Source of the DNA: Amoeboradix gromovi X-113
Taxonomy: Eukaryota; Fungi; Sanchytriomycota
Assembly: GCA_018985225.1 (NCBI GenBank)
Contig: JADGIF010000217.1
Coordinates: 1 to 14,015, forward strand
Length of the DNA: 14,015 nt
Direction of reading: 5' to 3'
Made by a program: the position numbers and the translations under genes. Positions 10,781-14,015 of this stretch are shown here, one piece after another (position 1 is the first letter of the stretch; each line of letters starts with the position of its first letter). The notes under the pieces were generated by a model. The model made no database searches, was not told the DNA's origin, and was given only the letters and a program-made list of their open reading frames with translations.

Positions 10781-11137
10781 ATGAATTTCAATATTATTTT
10801 ACTAATTTGCATTGCTAAAGCACACACTGAGTGCGGTGATCAACACAAAGCTGCGGAAGTCGCTAGAGAAGCGGCCCGTAGTAAGGAATGCTGGCGTGCC
10901 TCTTATCCTGATAACAAGGATTGCAAAGATCTCATTGGAGAGGTAACGGCTGCTACTGGTAAGTATGAAAACTGCTTAAAAAAGGAGAACTGTCCTGAAG
11001 AAATCAAAACGTATCACGATACACTTCCGTACACTTACGGTGGATGCAAAGCATCTCATGACTCAGATGTTTGCAAAGAAATGCAAAGAGAGGCATCCGG
11101 AGCTTTGCATGCATGCAAAGTAGCTGCTACGGAATAA
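10781..11137 (+). CDS. Small secreted cysteine-rich protein with one 8-Cys domain, paralog of 9878-10609
   Basis: Leader ending AKA. Same Cys order, with CW, A.GKY..C, C..EI..Y..TLP...G.CK.S and ASGAL..CK. Confidence 0.82.
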   Translation: MNFNIILLICIAKAHTECGDQHKAAEVAREAARSKECWRASYPDNKDCKDLIGEVTAATGKYENCLKKENCPEEIKTYHDTLPYTYGGCKASHDSDVCKEMQREASGALHACKVAATE

Positions 11138-11224
11138 ATTTACCTTTTATTAAAACAGAGATCATTTATATGTGATGTGGCTTTAATTTCGTTTTTTAAA
11201 TGTTCCGGAACAGTTATAATTAGT

Positions 11225-13054
11225 CTAATTTATCTTCTTAAAATCCAGATAATTGTTTAAAAACGGCTGGTATTCATCTAGACCATCCACCCACCTTCCA
11301 CCGTTATAAGCCACGCACGACCACGAGTTTAAAAGATAGAACTGTGGATCAGTAACAGCAATATCTTTGTATTCCTGATAGCCGCCAAAATTCCATCTCC
11401 CTACATCTTTGGTGTACTTGATTAAATTGGCATGAAAGAACATTTTAATTCCGTTGTATGACTGCACCATAGTTTGTCCACATCTGAAATCCTGTATTTT
11501 GAATCCGACAGATTTAACAAATGTGTTCTCTATATAAATAGATCTTCCTAGATAGCGGTTGACCCATCTCATGACATCTTTATCGCCGAATAAAAATTTA
11601 TACCACACATGCTGATCTTTTGTCATCAAGAATGACATAACTACTGTATGGTGATGCCTGTGCTTGTCTATAACAAATTGACCGGCCTCTGTTTCCATTT
11701 CATCTACGCAATTAAAGCCTAAAATGTCGTAAATAGGATTGCTAGTATCCGTTTTCCACATATCAGGAAACATTACTAATCCGCTTTGTTTATAGTCATG
11801 GCTGTCAAATATCCAGTTAGGATCGCTCATTGCAAGTGAGTCAGCGTCCAAAAAGATTATATGACGAAAGGATGAAGAAAGCAATGCTGAGAACTTGTAA
11901 TGATAGTTATGATCCGCAAAAACAGGCACCTCGTACTCTTTTAGGATAGAGGCAATAGAGACAACTATAAGATTACTTATTGACATCAGTTCTTCAATTT
12001 GTGCACTATCAAGTTCCTCGTTGTGGAATACTTCAAATGGTAATTCAGTCACATATTTACGCATAAAAACAAGGTTTTCATACGCTGAATTATATATCTT
12101 TCCATATATAAGCATTGCAATACCTCTAGTGTCTCTAATATCAGGAATTGGATGTCTACTTATCAATGGCAAATAAGACTCCAATAAATCCCTGGATTCA
12201 GCAACAACTTGAGCTCTGGGTTCCCAACCGCCATGCCCTGGCAATCCATTCATTACGCCTCTGATATTGTCACAATTCCTACTGACGCTTTCGCCATATA
12301 CAATGTTCTTGATATATATAGGTTCGCTTTCGAGTGTAGTCCAGCAGCTGATCTCATTTTCAACCAACGAATTGCGAAATGATGGTTTATAAAATCTAAA
12401 AATACGATTTATAAACTGATGCTTTTCACGAATAAGGATAGGAGAGTCAGCCGGTCCATAACCATACATTTCACCACAAAATAGTAGTTTATTGCTGCCA
12501 TAGAGATTGATTTTGTTCACCCTGGATGTAAATGCCATTTGCAGTGCCATGTCATTGGTATAATTTAGACGGAATCGTTGTAAGTTCATAATGAACCCAT
12601 CATGCATACTGCCAAATAGTTTCATGCCCGTAGTGTTATAGGAATTGTCTAAAAGAAGTCGAGGGTCGCCTACCAACTTAACGCCATCTAGATAAAGTAG
12701 ATTTGTACAGTTCAAGTTAAACATTTCCTTCTTTGTAGTAGAGTTGTGCTTCAATTCTGCAGTTAATGCATCTACTAGCTGGTAATACTCACCTAAAAAG
12801 TTGGGCTTTGTTTTAGAAACTACACAAATACTAACTCTGCTATGGTTCGAATCGTTAGATTTTGCTTCATATATCACAGTCATTTCATGTAAAGTTGGTA
12901 ATTTTACTTCACTTCTTAAAGAAGTGGAAAACTTAAAGTAGTGATTTCTCCATTCATAGTTTATGTTCACAATCAAAGTTACAAAAAGTATAGAGATAGA
13001 TCGAATAGAAACATGTTGAAGCAGCAGATGCGTCATAAATAGGCCAGGCCACAT
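11225..13054 (-). CDS. GT71 alpha-mannosyltransferase (Mnn2/Mnn5/Mnn1 family)
   Basis: 609 aa with an N-terminal hydrophobic stretch. Motifs RGIAM, LPFEVFH, KFSALLSSSF, FLDADS (DxD), FPDMW, ETEAGQFVIDK, GDKD and FFHAN. Confidence 0.9.
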   Translation of the reverse strand: MWPGLFMTHLLLQHVSIRSISILFVTLIVNINYEWRNHYFKFSTSLRSEVKLPTLHEMTVIYEAKSNDSNHSRVSICVVSKTKPNFLGEYYQLVDALTAELKHNSTTKKEMFNLNCTNLLYLDGVKLVGDPRLLLDNSYNTTGMKLFGSMHDGFIMNLQRFRLNYTNDMALQMAFTSRVNKINLYGSNKLLFCGEMYGYGPADSPILIREKHQFINRIFRFYKPSFRNSLVENEISCWTTLESEPIYIKNIVYGESVSRNCDNIRGVMNGLPGHGGWEPRAQVVAESRDLLESYLPLISRHPIPDIRDTRGIAMLIYGKIYNSAYENLVFMRKYVTELPFEVFHNEELDSAQIEELMSISNLIVVSIASILKEYEVPVFADHNYHYKFSALLSSSFRHIIFLDADSLAMSDPNWIFDSHDYKQSGLVMFPDMWKTDTSNPIYDILGFNCVDEMETEAGQFVIDKHRHHHTVVMSFLMTKDQHVWYKFLFGDKDVMRWVNRYLGRSIYIENTFVKSVGFKIQDFRCGQTMVQSYNGIKMFFHANLIKYTKDVGRWNFGGYQEYKDIAVTDPQFYLLNSWSCVAYNGGRWVDGLDEYQPFLNNYLDFKKIN

Positions 13055-13415
13055 ATTTTGTGTTCGAGCAAGCTAAGACATACTTTGCCTTTCATCCCAA
13101 GTTTTAATTAAGATTTCGTGAGATTTGAGTACATACTAAGATGTTCAAAAAGGGAATAAAAGATTTTGTAAATTGAAACTTGTTTACCCACTTTGATGTT
13201 ATATGTCCAAGGTCACGCTAGTGTACCCACCCTGGTGCAGCCGGGAATAGGCACTTGATGTATGATACAATAGTCTTCAAGCCACAGGAAGTCTTCTTAC
13301 CAATTCTGAAAGACATGCTAGGCAGCAAGGAAGAATTGATGATAAAGAACTTTCGTCTGGTGCATTAGGTGATAGAAATGGATCCTCAAGAGCATGACTG
13401 ATAAACTATGGGAGG

Positions 13416-14015
13416 TTTACTTTAAAAAGTGTGACTAGTTTTATTGTATCCCAACTTCAAATTTATATTTTGTTTATTGCTCCTCGTTAAAAGTCTTGAT
13501 TTCCGAGAATTTTGAGAATTTCCACAGAGAAACTAGCAGTGCTAGATGCTCCGTTACAGTGATTGCTCACGCTTTCACTAGCCTGAGGCGGGATTGAATA
13601 AGGATACATATATTTGATGTATATATTCCTTGCTGCCACATGGTCTCTATCTATTTTCAAATGACAATTTGTACATATGTAGGTTTAAGTTGGATTTCTT
13701 TAGAGTACCGCAACTTGTATAGGTCTGACTAGTAAGCGCTTCATTAAATTCGATTATAGTCCTTCCTCTTTGTTTACACTTGAACTTCAAGCGTTCCTTG
13801 AATAAATTGTACAGACATCTCTTTTCTGGCGTCGAAAGACATCAAATTGCTCCATGGTTGGGCCAGTTCCTCAACGTTGATCAATTTATGCTTTATTTAT
13901 TACTTGTTTCTTTAGGTTTGACATATTCGGGATTACATCCATTGATTCCATTTGCCTTTAGTCAAAATGGAGAATATCGAGTATTTAATCTTTTGGGACA
14001 CCAAATACAAAAACT
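13416..14015 (-). mobile_element. IS607-type deletion derivative, copy D, best preserved, runs off the window
   Basis: Minus strand reads EYVKPKETSNK*SIN*STLRNWPNHGAI*CLSTPEKRCLYNL, joined in frame to FKERLKFKCKQRGRTIIEFNEALTSQTYTSCGTLKKSNL. After a frameshift it continues YICTNCHLKIDRDHVAARNIYIKY. Confidence 0.9.

Noticed and set aside
13073-13083. Possible 11-nt intron GTATGTCTTAG extending the GT71 N-terminus
   Set aside because: Much shorter than the other introns and lacks the -6 A; the ATG at 13054 is sufficient.
14001-14002. GG dinucleotide (also at 8292-8293) as the IS607 left-end core
   Set aside because: Similarity between copies A, B and C continues about 65-75 nt further, to ATAGCTG.

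Overview
A gene-dense, AT-rich eukaryotic window in the standard genetic code. It is most likely from a compact-genome fungus or fungus-related lineage that keeps a mitochondrial ATP synthase; the host identity is inferred. Host genes: a tandem-BRCT Rad9/Crb2/53BP1-like protein, branched-chain aminotransferase, a degenerate RagC/Gtr2, ATP2, a DFG-less STRAD/OSR1-like kinase, SF3B5, two related secreted 8-Cys proteins and a GT71 mannosyltransferase. Two features are not visible in the ORF track. (1) Spliceosomal introns of only 19-20 nt, all GTAY...TNAYNTAG, restore ATP2, BCAT and the kinase. (2) The intergenic spaces hold relics of RNA-guided-nuclease transposons. There are four co-oriented copies of a ~600-bp internally deleted IS607-type element, in which a TnpA HTH start is joined to a TnpB/Fanzor2 C-terminus plus a conserved 3' tail (candidate omegaRNA). 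There is also an unrelated Fanzor-like relic whose RuvC-III motif is split by a host-type 19-nt intron. An unassigned structured RNA candidate lies at ~2610-2786. All alignments and folds were done by eye.
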